A stretch of DNA of 50,636 nucleotides, taken from Klebsiella phage vB_KpnS_SegesCirculi. Shown in pieces: positions 20,348 through 28,448 of the stretch (position 1 is its first letter; every line of letters starts with the position of its first letter). The DNA lies in the sequence record MN013080.1; one strand, written 5' to 3'. The notes below the pieces were generated by a model. It was not told the origin of the DNA and did no database searches. It saw only the letters and a program-made list of their open reading frames with translations. A program made the translations under genes and the position numbers.

Positions 20348-20392
20348 AATTAATGCCGGGAGAAATCCCGGCTTAACAAAAGGAGACAGACA

Positions 20393-20701
20393 ATGGCTTA
20401 TGGCTTTCAATCTTGGGATGCGAACGGGAACCCCAACAACTATGGGATCGTCCCTGTTTCGGTTGCTGGATATATTGCTTTGGCGCAAGGACAGAAAAGC
20501 GGAACATGGTCTTACAACGTTCCACCTGGTTTAAGGTTGGGTTTCTTTTGGGTCGCAAATCAAGACCAGTACGGCACATCGAAGAGGCGAATTACCGTTA
20601 GCGGTAATCAGATCGTTGTTTCAGATGCGCCAGATGATGCGCTGGAATCAGGTGTCTACCCGGCGACGCAAGGTTTTATTGTTGTTCAAATTATGAGTTA
20701 A
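20393..20701 (+). CDS. Hypothetical tail-associated protein
   Basis: 102 aa following gpJ; SD AAAGGAG. Confidence 0.65.
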   Translation: MAYGFQSWDANGNPNNYGIVPVSVAGYIALAQGQKSGTWSYNVPPGLRLGFFWVANQDQYGTSKRRITVSGNQIVVSDAPDDALESGVYPATQGFIVVQIMS

Positions 20702-20706
20702 AGATT

Positions 20707-21366
20707 ATGGCAGATTACGGAATTTTACTTACCAATGATAGCGGCAATGTTTGGGTTTCTCCTCAAAGCATACCGCTGGCACTGCTATCAAAGCAAAGCA
20801 TCACCCTGAGAGGTGGAACCAATTCCGATGAGGTGAGATCGGTAACTTACGACACGAATCACCCATGCGTTCCATTCGTTGTCTTTCATGGCTCTTCGCC
20901 ACAAGGTGCATTCACAAAAATCAGGTACAGCGGAAACACTTGCAGCGTTGTTTTTTCTTTTGGTAAGCAAAACGTATATGCGGAGGTTTATTTTTTCTCC
21001 GTGTTCCCACAGCCCAATCCTGGTTATGGACTTGCAATTTGGGATGAAAACGGCACGCTGATTTTGACCAATGAGACCAGGACACTTTCAGACGTACAGA
21101 CCTACGGGACTGGATTTAACCTAAATGTCACTAATGGCGGGAAGTGGGCGGTTAGTCCTGTTCAGTTAGGTGCGATCGTTGGTGTTATTCGCGATCCGTA
21201 CCCAAGACCATTTCAGGGAGACTATGGCGCAGCGGCATTTTTTAACGGCTCAAACACGCAACTTACCGCATATCTAACGCAGGCTCCTGGAGGGACAGCC
21301 AGCGACCTTACCTACGTCGATATGAAAAACACCTGCATTGCTATTGATTGTTCAAGATACGACTAA
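20707..21366 (+). CDS. Hypothetical tail-associated protein (DUF6453-like)
   Basis: 219 aa beta-rich, follows gpJ block. Confidence 0.6.
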   Translation: MADYGILLTNDSGNVWVSPQSIPLALLSKQSITLRGGTNSDEVRSVTYDTNHPCVPFVVFHGSSPQGAFTKIRYSGNTCSVVFSFGKQNVYAEVYFFSVFPQPNPGYGLAIWDENGTLILTNETRTLSDVQTYGTGFNLNVTNGGKWAVSPVQLGAIVGVIRDPYPRPFQGDYGAAAFFNGSNTQLTAYLTQAPGGTASDLTYVDMKNTCIAIDCSRYD

Positions 21367-21370
21367 AAAT

Positions 21371-21395
21371 AAAGGGGCCATTCGGCCCCTTTTTT
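21371..21395 (+). terminator. Bidirectional intrinsic terminator between convergent genes
   Basis: AAAGGGGCC-ATTC-GGCCCCTTTTTT; A-tract on one side, T-tract on the other. Confidence 0.85.
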
Positions 21396-24072
21396 ACATA
21401 CCTAACTTCTCCTCAATTGCTGAAAGACGCGCTTCGAACCCCTTCGCGATAAACATGTTCAACTCCTCAAGGCGGAACGAATATCGATCGCCAGCCGGAA
21501 TGGTTTTGTAGATCGGGTTTTCTGAACCGTCCTCATTCGCCGGGCCGTAGTGGTCAACAACGGTTTTTTCTTCCCACTTGTCGTAACAGATAAAAGCATA
21601 ATCAAATGGCTTTAATCCGTGATTTTCCATAATCTCCATTGCGCGCTGAACAGTTAACCCGCAGTGCTCGCGGACGTCGTTCATATCAGCTTGCTCCTTC
21701 CACGTCCAAAAACCGATCTCCTTCGCAATTTCCTTTGCGGCTTCAATTTCGGGATCAGCCATCACACGAACATCATTTTTCAACCGCGCATCGGAAGTGT
21801 TGATAGTTCCGTTTACGGCGTAAATGTTCATCGGTCTGCCAGATCCCCACCCTAAGTTGTATCTATTGTCGTTCACTGGCGTAAACGTCCCGTTATGGTC
21901 AACCATCCATCGAGGCGTTCGCGTAATAGAACCGCTTTGGCAAGTTTCAAATACAACTTGCGTTGGCGTTGATGTTTTACCCCAGCCTTCAGCAATTTTA
22001 ATCGACATTGCACCACGCATAGAGTCAAACTTTTCCCCATCGTGACCGGATGCCCCAACGTAGAAAGTAGATCCTGCTTGCGTTGCACCAATGTATCGCG
22101 TCGTGTCGGCTAAACTTCCATCACAGAACATTGCGCGCACTGCTGGTGACGATGTTCCGCTACCTCGCGGAGCCAGCATGTTAATTTCAGGCGCTGGTGT
22201 TCCTACGATCTTTAATCCCCTACCATCCTGGTTTTCAGGGAATCCACCGCCAGTGGTGTTGTAGTTCAAATATTCAAAACTTCTAACCTGGTCAAGATCT
22301 GAGTGCATCGCCCCGGCTGGAACAATCCACAAATCACCATTGTCTGACACACGAAGCGCAGGGATCCTATCGCTGATGGTCTTACCCTTCGGAGTAACCA
22401 GCAAGCGAATCCAGCCGCCGTGATTGGTTGCTCCTGCATTGCCAGCGCCCAGGAAATGCAGCGCCGCGTTGCTGTGTTCGGTGTAATCAGCCCCCAGCCA
22501 CGGACGCGAGCCATAACCTCCCAAAAGCTGGTTATCCTTCGTCACGCTATTGGATGCCCCGCGAGCATAGTTATGAAACACAGCGGAACCGCCAGCGGTG
22601 TTTTCAATGCCGAAAGAGCATTCAGTTGCGTTGTCACCAATGAAGTTTACGCCAACTCCGGTTGTCGCGGTCGTCTCCTTCAGTGGTAGCTTCTGCGTCG
22701 ACGTAACATCAACGCCGCCGCGAAGGTTAGATGCACCATTGACGCGGAGCGTGCTTAACATCGTAACCGCATTGCTGAAAGTGGCATTCAACCCGGTAAC
22801 GGTAAAGTTTGCCGCATCAAAAACAACCTGCTTCGCGCTGTTCATATCGCCATTCGGGCGGAAGTACATGCCTTGACCGTCTTCCGGGATGGAGTAAACG
22901 ATCGCGTTGTTGTTATTGGCCCGAACTACGGCACCGTTCAGGGTTAGCGTAGCGTTACCACCAGGGACGGAAATCGCTTGTGGTTGACTGAACGTGTTAG
23001 CTACGTTGGTGCGTGGGATTGTGCTATCGTTAGCCATCAAATAATTAGATGGTGAATTATATACAATCCCGGCTGGCTCCGTGGTAATCCACGAATAACC
23101 AGTGCGATCGATGATCGGCCCGGTAATCAACCCATTATTAGATTGCACGTTCAAACGGTTTAACCACATAACTGGAAAGTAACCGTTAGGCGAGAGCAAA
23201 TAAACATCAAAAGATCCGTCAGTGTTTTTCACAACCCCCAACTTCAAACGTGACGTGCTATTTGATGCCGGAATGAGTGCGCATTGAGTAAAGTTGGCGT
23301 CAATATTATTACTGGTTAGCGTATCAGGAAGACCACGGCCAGAAATAGAAAAGATATCGATCGGGAGATTCGCCGAACCGAAGTTAGCGCCACCACCAAT
23401 AATAAATTGCGCAAAACAGTTTGACTGTCCAGCGTTCTTAACGTTGGCAATCTTCATCCACGCCCGCGAGCTACCTGGCGAGGTTGGCAGCTTATCCGGC
23501 GCTTGAACTCCAGCCACAAGATCGACAGTCTGGTTATAAAGATCTTGAGTCTGATCCCTTGCCGACCCGGCTTGTTGTCGTGCTGTTAGCGCCGCTTGCT
23601 CCGATGCCTTAGAGTTAGTTTCTGAAGTTTTCGCCGCCCCTTCTGACGCAGCAGCCGCCGCAGCGCTTGCGTCCGCAGCTTCGGAGTCTGCCTTCACCTG
23701 ATTAGCAAGATTTTGAAGTGCTTCTAAATCAAAATCCTTAAAGAACTCGACCGCATCCGCAATTACGGTTTCTTGCGACTGGTAGTAGCGCAAAGTTTCA
23801 GCAACATCTTGCGCCAGGCCGTCAACGGTCAGCGAGTCGCTTAAAAGGATCGCGTAATCGCTGGACGGGACAACCGCGCCGTTTGTGGTGATGGCGTTAA
23901 TTTGCGTATCACTGACAACCTTGTTAATCACCGCCATCTGAATCGGCGACGATAAAAACATGATTGTTGAGCCTGGGCGAATGAGCGATAAGGATGATTG
24001 CCACTTCGTGCCAGTCCCGGTGATAACGCCGTTTGCGTCCATCGCGGCTTTGCCTTGTCTGTATAGTGCCAT
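21394..24072 (-). CDS. Tail fibre/spike with C-terminal S74 intramolecular chaperone
   Basis: Repetitive fibre N-terminus; C-terminal [12 protein letters not shown]...IGFWTWKEQ...[12 protein letters not shown]...[20 protein letters not shown]. Confidence 0.88.
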   Translation of the reverse strand: MALYRQGKAAMDANGVITGTGTKWQSSLSLIRPGSTIMFLSSPIQMAVINKVVSDTQINAITTNGAVVPSSDYAILLSDSLTVDGLAQDVAETLRYYQSQETVIADAVEFFKDFDLEALQNLANQVKADSEAADASAAAAAASEGAAKTSETNSKASEQAALTARQQAGSARDQTQDLYNQTVDLVAGVQAPDKLPTSPGSSRAWMKIANVKNAGQSNCFAQFIIGGGANFGSANLPIDIFSISGRGLPDTLTSNNIDANFTQCALIPASNSTSRLKLGVVKNTDGSFDVYLLSPNGYFPVMWLNRLNVQSNNGLITGPIIDRTGYSWITTEPAGIVYNSPSNYLMANDSTIPRTNVANTFSQPQAISVPGGNATLTLNGAVVRANNNNAIVYSIPEDGQGMYFRPNGDMNSAKQVVFDAANFTVTGLNATFSNAVTMLSTLRVNGASNLRGGVDVTSTQKLPLKETTATTGVGVNFIGDNATECSFGIENTAGGSAVFHNYARGASNSVTKDNQLLGGYGSRPWLGADYTEHSNAALHFLGAGNAGATNHGGWIRLLVTPKGKTISDRIPALRVSDNGDLWIVPAGAMHSDLDQVRSFEYLNYNTTGGGFPENQDGRGLKIVGTPAPEINMLAPRGSGTSSPAVRAMFCDGSLADTTRYIGATQAGSTFYVGASGHDGEKFDSMRGAMSIKIAEGWGKTSTPTQVVFETCQSGSITRTPRWMVDHNGTFTPVNDNRYNLGWGSGRPMNIYAVNGTINTSDARLKNDVRVMADPEIEAAKEIAKEIGFWTWKEQADMNDVREHCGLTVQRAMEIMENHGLKPFDYAFICYDKWEEKTVVDHYGPANEDGSENPIYKTIPAGDRYSFRLEELNMFIAKGFEARLSAIEEKLGM

Positions 24073-24129
24073 TTTAAGACCTCTTTTGGTTGGTTGAGTA
24101 ACGCAGATAATAGCATCAATGAAGAAATA

Positions 24130-24151
24130 AAAAAAGGAGCCTTGCGGCCCC
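24130..24151 (-). terminator. Intrinsic terminator (minus strand) after ssb operon
   Basis: Minus strand GGGGCC-GCAA-GGCTCC-T7. Confidence 0.8.
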
Positions 24152-24164
24152 TTTAGTTGTCAAA

Positions 24165-24626
24165 TCAGAACGGGATATCATCATCGAAATCCATGCCCTG
24201 ATTACCACCACCGCTTTGCGGCTTCGGTTGTTGTTGCGGCTTCGGTTGCTGAGGCTGGCCCCACCCACCCTGCTGATTACCGCCGCCCTGCATTGGTTCG
24301 CGCTGGCTGAATTCCAGTTGCGGCATAATCATTTCATTGTGGCTGTAAGTTGCGCCGTTGTGCTCGCGGTTTACGATCTGAAGTGTCCTGCAGGTTACGC
24401 TAATAACCTTGTCGACCTGCAACGCTTCATCGTACCACGCAATCATGCTTTCCTTCGCGAAGAAGACGGCGCGATAGTTGGTGTATACAGTTTCGTCCTG
24501 GCCGTCGCGATTGCGTATCTTCATTCGCTCCGACAGGTCGACCGCGTACATCTTCCACGGTCCGTTATTGTTGCTGCCCTCTTTGACGTAAGGCGCTTTT
24601 CGGATTACCCCTGTTACAACATGCAT
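24165..24626 (-). CDS. ssb: Single-stranded DNA-binding protein
   Basis: OB-fold-like N-terminus, Q/G/P-rich linker, acidic tail MDFDDDIPF. Confidence 0.85.
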   Translation of the reverse strand: MHVVTGVIRKAPYVKEGSNNNGPWKMYAVDLSERMKIRNRDGQDETVYTNYRAVFFAKESMIAWYDEALQVDKVISVTCRTLQIVNREHNGATYSHNEMIMPQLEFSQREPMQGGGNQQGGWGQPQQPKPQQQPKPQSGGGNQGMDFDDDIPF

Positions 24627-24638
24627 TTTTATTCCTAT

Positions 24639-24655
24639 GGGGCGGTTTCCCGCCC
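24639..24655 (-). other. Stem-loop GGGCGG-GAAA-CCGCCC in ssb 5' leader
   Basis: Perfect stem with GNRA loop, no U-tract. Confidence 0.5.
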
Positions 24656-24662
24656 GGTTAAA

Positions 24663-25319
24663 TTAGTTGAAAGATGAGATATCTTGTGCTTCAGGTTCAG
24701 GCTTTGATTCTACCTGTTCCGGCTCACGTTTCGCAACCTCTTGCGGCTTGCCGGGGTTAAATCCGTTCGCTGGCGTCACTTTTAGTTGCGCCTGGCGCTT
24801 CGTGATATCGTCTTCCGTCACCTTCCATTCCGCAGGCGTCAACGTCTGTTTAGCCAGCTTGTAAATCTCGCGGAGAGATTCGAGGTCTTCGCACGCATCA
24901 ATGCGTTTTTTGAAGTCTTGCGGCTTCATCTTCGCGATCTCTGCGTCATCGTCGGCCTGCTTGATGCCCAGCGCGGCGGCTAACGCATAACGGCGAGCGT
25001 ATGAGGTCGTCGAGCCATATGCTTGCTCAACGGTTTTGCTGATCGGCATGTTGAACTGAAACGCCATCCACTCGCCAGATTCGTGCAGGAACATCGTTTC
25101 AAGGTGCATAACCTTGTCGGTGCTGGTATCCATCATTGATTGAATGACCATAATTTTGTTCTTTTCCAGCGATGGCCCGATGGCGTCCAGGATATCGCCG
25201 AGATTGGCGTAGGTGTTCCCCAGGTGGCTATTCTTCCCGCTTTTCTTCGCGGCGACGAAACCAGACTTCGCTTTGATTAAAGCGACGGCGATCTCTTTGA
25301 AACTTTCAGATGTACGCAT
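24663..25319 (-). CDS. ERF-family ssDNA annealing protein
   Basis: NTYANLGDILDAIGPSLEKNKIMVIQ...AYGSTTSYARRYALAAALGI. Confidence 0.85.
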   Translation of the reverse strand: MRTSESFKEIAVALIKAKSGFVAAKKSGKNSHLGNTYANLGDILDAIGPSLEKNKIMVIQSMMDTSTDKVMHLETMFLHESGEWMAFQFNMPISKTVEQAYGSTTSYARRYALAAALGIKQADDDAEIAKMKPQDFKKRIDACEDLESLREIYKLAKQTLTPAEWKVTEDDITKRQAQLKVTPANGFNPGKPQEVAKREPEQVESKPEPEAQDISSFN

Positions 25320-25352
25320 GACAAACTTTCCTTTTCCTGATTGGTGGAGCGC

Positions 25353-25394
25353 ACTATATCACAAGTGCGCCGTAGTGTTTAGCTATTTGTGCCG
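25353..25394 (-). promoter_or_regulatory. Weaker early element CGGCACAAATAGCTA-N21-TATAGT
   Basis: Element 25380-25394, -10 25353-25358, upstream of annealing gene. Confidence 0.5.
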
Positions 25395-26425
25395 TATACT
25401 TCCGGGAACATGCATTTCACGAATTGCGGCGTGGGCAACTTCACTTCCGCTGCGTTCGATTCGTATGACGGCCAAACGTCATGCTTGACGCATTCGGCGT
25501 ACTGGTGAATCACGCTTTGATACTGCTTCCGCCCGATCTCAATCTGCTGATCCGTTAACGTGAACGCGAGAGGCGCGAACGGTGATTTTTTCTCCTGCGT
25601 AAGCAGGCGGACAACAACCGGGCGTTTTTCGTTGTACGTCTTAACGAACAGATCGCGCTGCAATGCCATTTTGAGATAGTAGCCCAGGTTGAACGCCAGC
25701 CGCCCAAAGTCATCCGGTTTAGAGGTCTGAGTAGTTTTGTAGTCGGTAATCACCACCACTTCGAAAACTTCATCCGGGTTAAATCCCCACTCTTTGATGA
25801 GTTCGGGATCCGACACGACGTCAACATGATCGAGTCGAACCTTTACCGGGACGCCGAAAATTTCGCCGAAGATTGACAACTCGCGTTGAGCTGTATCCGA
25901 TTCAATGCACGCCGCGTGCCGTGGGTTAGCCAGCATCACGTTTCGCATTTGCACAACCGCATCGAAATCAGAATCCTTTACCAGCTTCCGGCCTGAATTG
26001 ATGGCGGCGCTTTCGTCGCAGAGTTCGATCGCCCACCACACGTTAACATCAATCCCGGCGCGGTATGCCATTTCCAGCAATTCGGGGTAGTCCTTGTTGG
26101 ACGTCCCAATCAGGCCACACGCTTTCAATTTCGCAGACAAGGCCGACTTCGAAGTAATCAGATCCTTAACGTCGCCCGGTGCGGTCGCTCGCAGGTACTC
26201 GCCATTAAATTTGGACGTCTCAAGCATGCAGGTATGGGAGCAAGTACCGAATGAAAGCGCGGCTGTTTCTTCTCGCTCCTTGTATTTCCAGTGTGCCGGG
26301 GATGTTGCGTAAATCTCGCCGAGGCTTGAGCCGCTAACGTATCTGGCGCACCAGGAGTTAGGATCGTGGTAATCATCGTTGGATAATTCCGCGTTGGTGT
26401 ATGCCTTAAAAATTGCTTCAGCCAT
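25379..26425 (-). CDS. RecE-like / PDDEXK-family exonuclease
   Basis: VVITDYKTTQ (D..K) motif; neighbours annealing protein and SSB; SD GGAGTG. Confidence 0.75.
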   Translation of the reverse strand: MAEAIFKAYTNAELSNDDYHDPNSWCARYVSGSSLGEIYATSPAHWKYKEREETAALSFGTCSHTCMLETSKFNGEYLRATAPGDVKDLITSKSALSAKLKACGLIGTSNKDYPELLEMAYRAGIDVNVWWAIELCDESAAINSGRKLVKDSDFDAVVQMRNVMLANPRHAACIESDTAQRELSIFGEIFGVPVKVRLDHVDVVSDPELIKEWGFNPDEVFEVVVITDYKTTQTSKPDDFGRLAFNLGYYLKMALQRDLFVKTYNEKRPVVVRLLTQEKKSPFAPLAFTLTDQQIEIGRKQYQSVIHQYAECVKHDVWPSYESNAAEVKLPTPQFVKCMFPEVYGTNS

Positions 26426-26458
26426 TGGTATCACTCCGTTTGTGGTTTCGTTGCGTTA

Positions 26459-26500
26459 AGTATACGCATCACGATTCCAGGTGCAAGGCAAAAAGTGCTA
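26459..26500 (-). promoter_or_regulatory. Early element TAGCACTTTTTGCCT-N21-TATACT
   Basis: Element 26486-26500, -10 26459-26464. Confidence 0.65.
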
Positions 26501-26510
26501 TTCGCCAACT

Positions 26511-26541
26511 GGTCAAAAAATGAGCGAAATTTACGTAAGAT
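26511..26541 (+). repeat. 31-bp direct repeat copy 1 (GGTCAAAAARTGAGCGAAATTTACGTAAGAT)
   Basis: 30/31 match to 26771-26801. Confidence 0.95.
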
Positions 26542-26544
26542 TTA

Positions 26545-26560
26545 GTAAGATGCATCTTAC
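26545..26560 (+). repeat. Palindrome GTAAGATGCATCTTAC copy 1
   Basis: Perfect 16-bp palindrome. Confidence 0.95.
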
Positions 26561-26600
26561 GTGGTTTTCTTTATATATTTCATGCGGTTAACCAAAATCG

Positions 26601-26616
26601 GTAAGATGGTAAGATG
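26601..26616 (+). repeat. Tandem 8-mer GTAAGATG x2
   Basis: GTAAGATGGTAAGATG. Confidence 0.95.
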
Positions 26617-26770
26617 CCTATAGGTAAATATTCACAGAAAAATTGGAGCGGAATCGCAAAGCAAAATACATATACCCGAAGAAAATCTTACCTACACAGA
26701 TAGATATAGAGAGAGTAATAATAATATAGTTAGATATCATATACTTATATATATTCTATGGTGCGATATT

Positions 26771-26801
26771 GGTCAAAAAGTGAGCGAAATTTACGTAAGA
26801 T
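26771..26801 (+). repeat. 31-bp direct repeat copy 2
   Basis: 30/31 match to 26511-26541. Confidence 0.95.
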
Positions 26802-26810
26802 GCATCTTAC
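26795..26810 (+). repeat. Palindrome GTAAGATGCATCTTAC copy 2
   Basis: Perfect 16-bp palindrome. Confidence 0.95.
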
Positions 26811-26918
26811 CTAATCTTACTTAAAGTGGTCGACCAGTTGGTAAGTTGCTGAATTTTGGGCATAAAAAAAGGTAAGACTGAAATTATCAATCTTACCTAA
26901 AATTTGTTCACGTTTTAA

Positions 26919-27881
26919 TCAGAGAAGGGATGATGCCACGTAGAGCTTTCGTTCGAATCCGCCTTTGAAGTTGTCATTGTTCGGCACGATAACTTTCATA
27001 TCGCGTTCTTCAGCCGCCGCCAGCATATCCCGATCTTTCCTGCTGCATACGACTCGCAATTCTCGCTTACCTTCGCCGCCACCCTTTCCTTTATATCGGT
27101 AGGCCACGATCTCAACGTTGGACGGGATGATGCATGCCCACACGTCACACTTAAACGAGCTTGCGATATTGAAGTGCATCGCCTCCACCCAAGAGCGAGC
27201 CAGGTAAATTGCCCCGTTACCGCCTTCGCTCTGATTGGTTACGATCACCGATCCGAAAGTCAGGTCGCCAGCTAACATCTTCTCGCGGCCCTCCTCATCA
27301 ATGAATAAGATGTTGCAGTATTCATCGTCCGGCCCGTCTTCATGTACCAGTTGCATCGGGAGCGCATGAAATAGCTCTTGCCTGCCGTTCTCGTGGGTTT
27401 TTACGCCAACCCGGTATGATTCAACGAACTCATTTTCAATGCCCTCATAGAGCGTTACAGGCGTGCTATCGACGGCCTCTGTTCTGTTCATTATCGCCAC
27501 GACGCGATCGTGATCTGCCATCTTGCCGTAGTCGTACCCGTTATCGCGAGTAACCTGCTTGTTGCGCTTAACTACGTACTCTTGCGGAACTTTGCCCAGG
27601 TATCGCCCAAGAATGTTGATGCACTCGCTATACGGCTCGCCGCTCAACTTCATTAACCATCCGATCCCTTTATCGGCACCGCAGCCGCTGCAATATGCCC
27701 CGCCGTCTCCGCGATTCTCTAATTTGTCCGTCCAGCGGAATCGATCCTTGCCGCCGCAGTTCGGGCAGTCCTGGTGTTTGCCGTTGAAGTATCGGGAGTG
27801 GATGCCGCAAATATTTTGTAGCGCCTCGCGCCACATACCCGGCATGTATGGCAAAACCTCTTTTTCGTCGTAAAAATCCAC
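26919..27881 (-). CDS. Zinc-binding DNA primase (P4 alpha/Toprim-like)
   Basis: CPNCGGKDRFRW...YCSGCGADKGIGWLMKLSG zinc finger; C-terminal Toprim-like region. Confidence 0.75.
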   Translation of the reverse strand: MDFYDEKEVLPYMPGMWREALQNICGIHSRYFNGKHQDCPNCGGKDRFRWTDKLENRGDGGAYCSGCGADKGIGWLMKLSGEPYSECINILGRYLGKVPQEYVVKRNKQVTRDNGYDYGKMADHDRVVAIMNRTEAVDSTPVTLYEGIENEFVESYRVGVKTHENGRQELFHALPMQLVHEDGPDDEYCNILFIDEEGREKMLAGDLTFGSVIVTNQSEGGNGAIYLARSWVEAMHFNIASSFKCDVWACIIPSNVEIVAYRYKGKGGGEGKRELRVVCSRKDRDMLAAAEERDMKVIVPNNDNFKGGFERKLYVASSLL

Positions 27882-27956
27882 GTCATAACCTCCAAATAAA
27901 AAACGCCCACGCGAGAATCATAACCCGGTAGGCGTTTAGTAGTTAGTCAAATTGTG

Positions 27957-28358
27957 CTATCGGACTACGCGAAGCATTTCGCGGCGGTCGCAGCGGCGCG
28001 TAATCGGCTTGCCGTTGCTGTCGAATCTGAGATCCGGGCGGCAAAATGAAGCCCTGAAGCCTTTGCAGTCATTGCGGCGGTAACTCTTATGCACCAGGTA
28101 AGCACCATCGGCTGAAATCATGCCGCGCTTAATCCACTGCTGAACAACCTGGATGCTAACGCCCAACTCCTTTGCTGTTTTTGCGATGCCGCCGTATGCC
28201 TCGATCACCAATTCCATCCGGGTAGTCAGGCCCGCCCTTACTTCATCCTTCAGGACGTAATAGCCTGTCGGCTTCTTGCGGGGCTTCTTATCTTTCCCGC
28301 GTGACGTCCCGTTATTGCCGTTCAAAGTTCTCTTGTCTACCTTTGCCATTTGTTCCAT
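27957..28358 (-). CDS. Helix-turn-helix DNA-binding protein (YdaS/Cro-like)
   Basis: GGIAKTAKELGVSIQVVQQWIKRGMIS. Confidence 0.75.
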   Translation of the reverse strand: MEQMAKVDKRTLNGNNGTSRGKDKKPRKKPTGYYVLKDEVRAGLTTRMELVIEAYGGIAKTAKELGVSIQVVQQWIKRGMISADGAYLVHKSYRRNDCKGFRASFCRPDLRFDSNGKPITRRCDRREMLRVVR

Positions 28359-28370
28359 AATTTAACCTCA

Positions 28371-28412
28371 CAGCATTTTTTGTTAAACACGATAAAATTT
28401 GCTCTGTATTAT
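28371..28412 (+). promoter_or_regulatory. Early element CAGCATTTTTTGTTA-N21-TATTAT (rightward)
   Basis: Element 28371-28385, -10 28407-28412, upstream of helicase. Confidence 0.6.
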
Positions 28413-28435
28413 ACACGCAACTATACGAATGACAA
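28408..28435 (-). promoter_or_regulatory. Strong sigma70-like promoter TTGTCA-16-TATAAT (leftward)
   Basis: Minus strand -35 28430-28435, -10 28408-28413. Confidence 0.75.
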
Positions 28436-28448
28436 ATTAGGATTGCCC

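Larger units (their letters stand above)
26501..26918. promoter_or_regulatory. AT-rich non-coding iteron-like region, candidate replication origin
   Basis: Many GTAAGAT/ATCTTAC repeats, 31-bp direct repeat, two 16-bp palindromes, AT-rich core 26695-26760. Confidence 0.5.
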
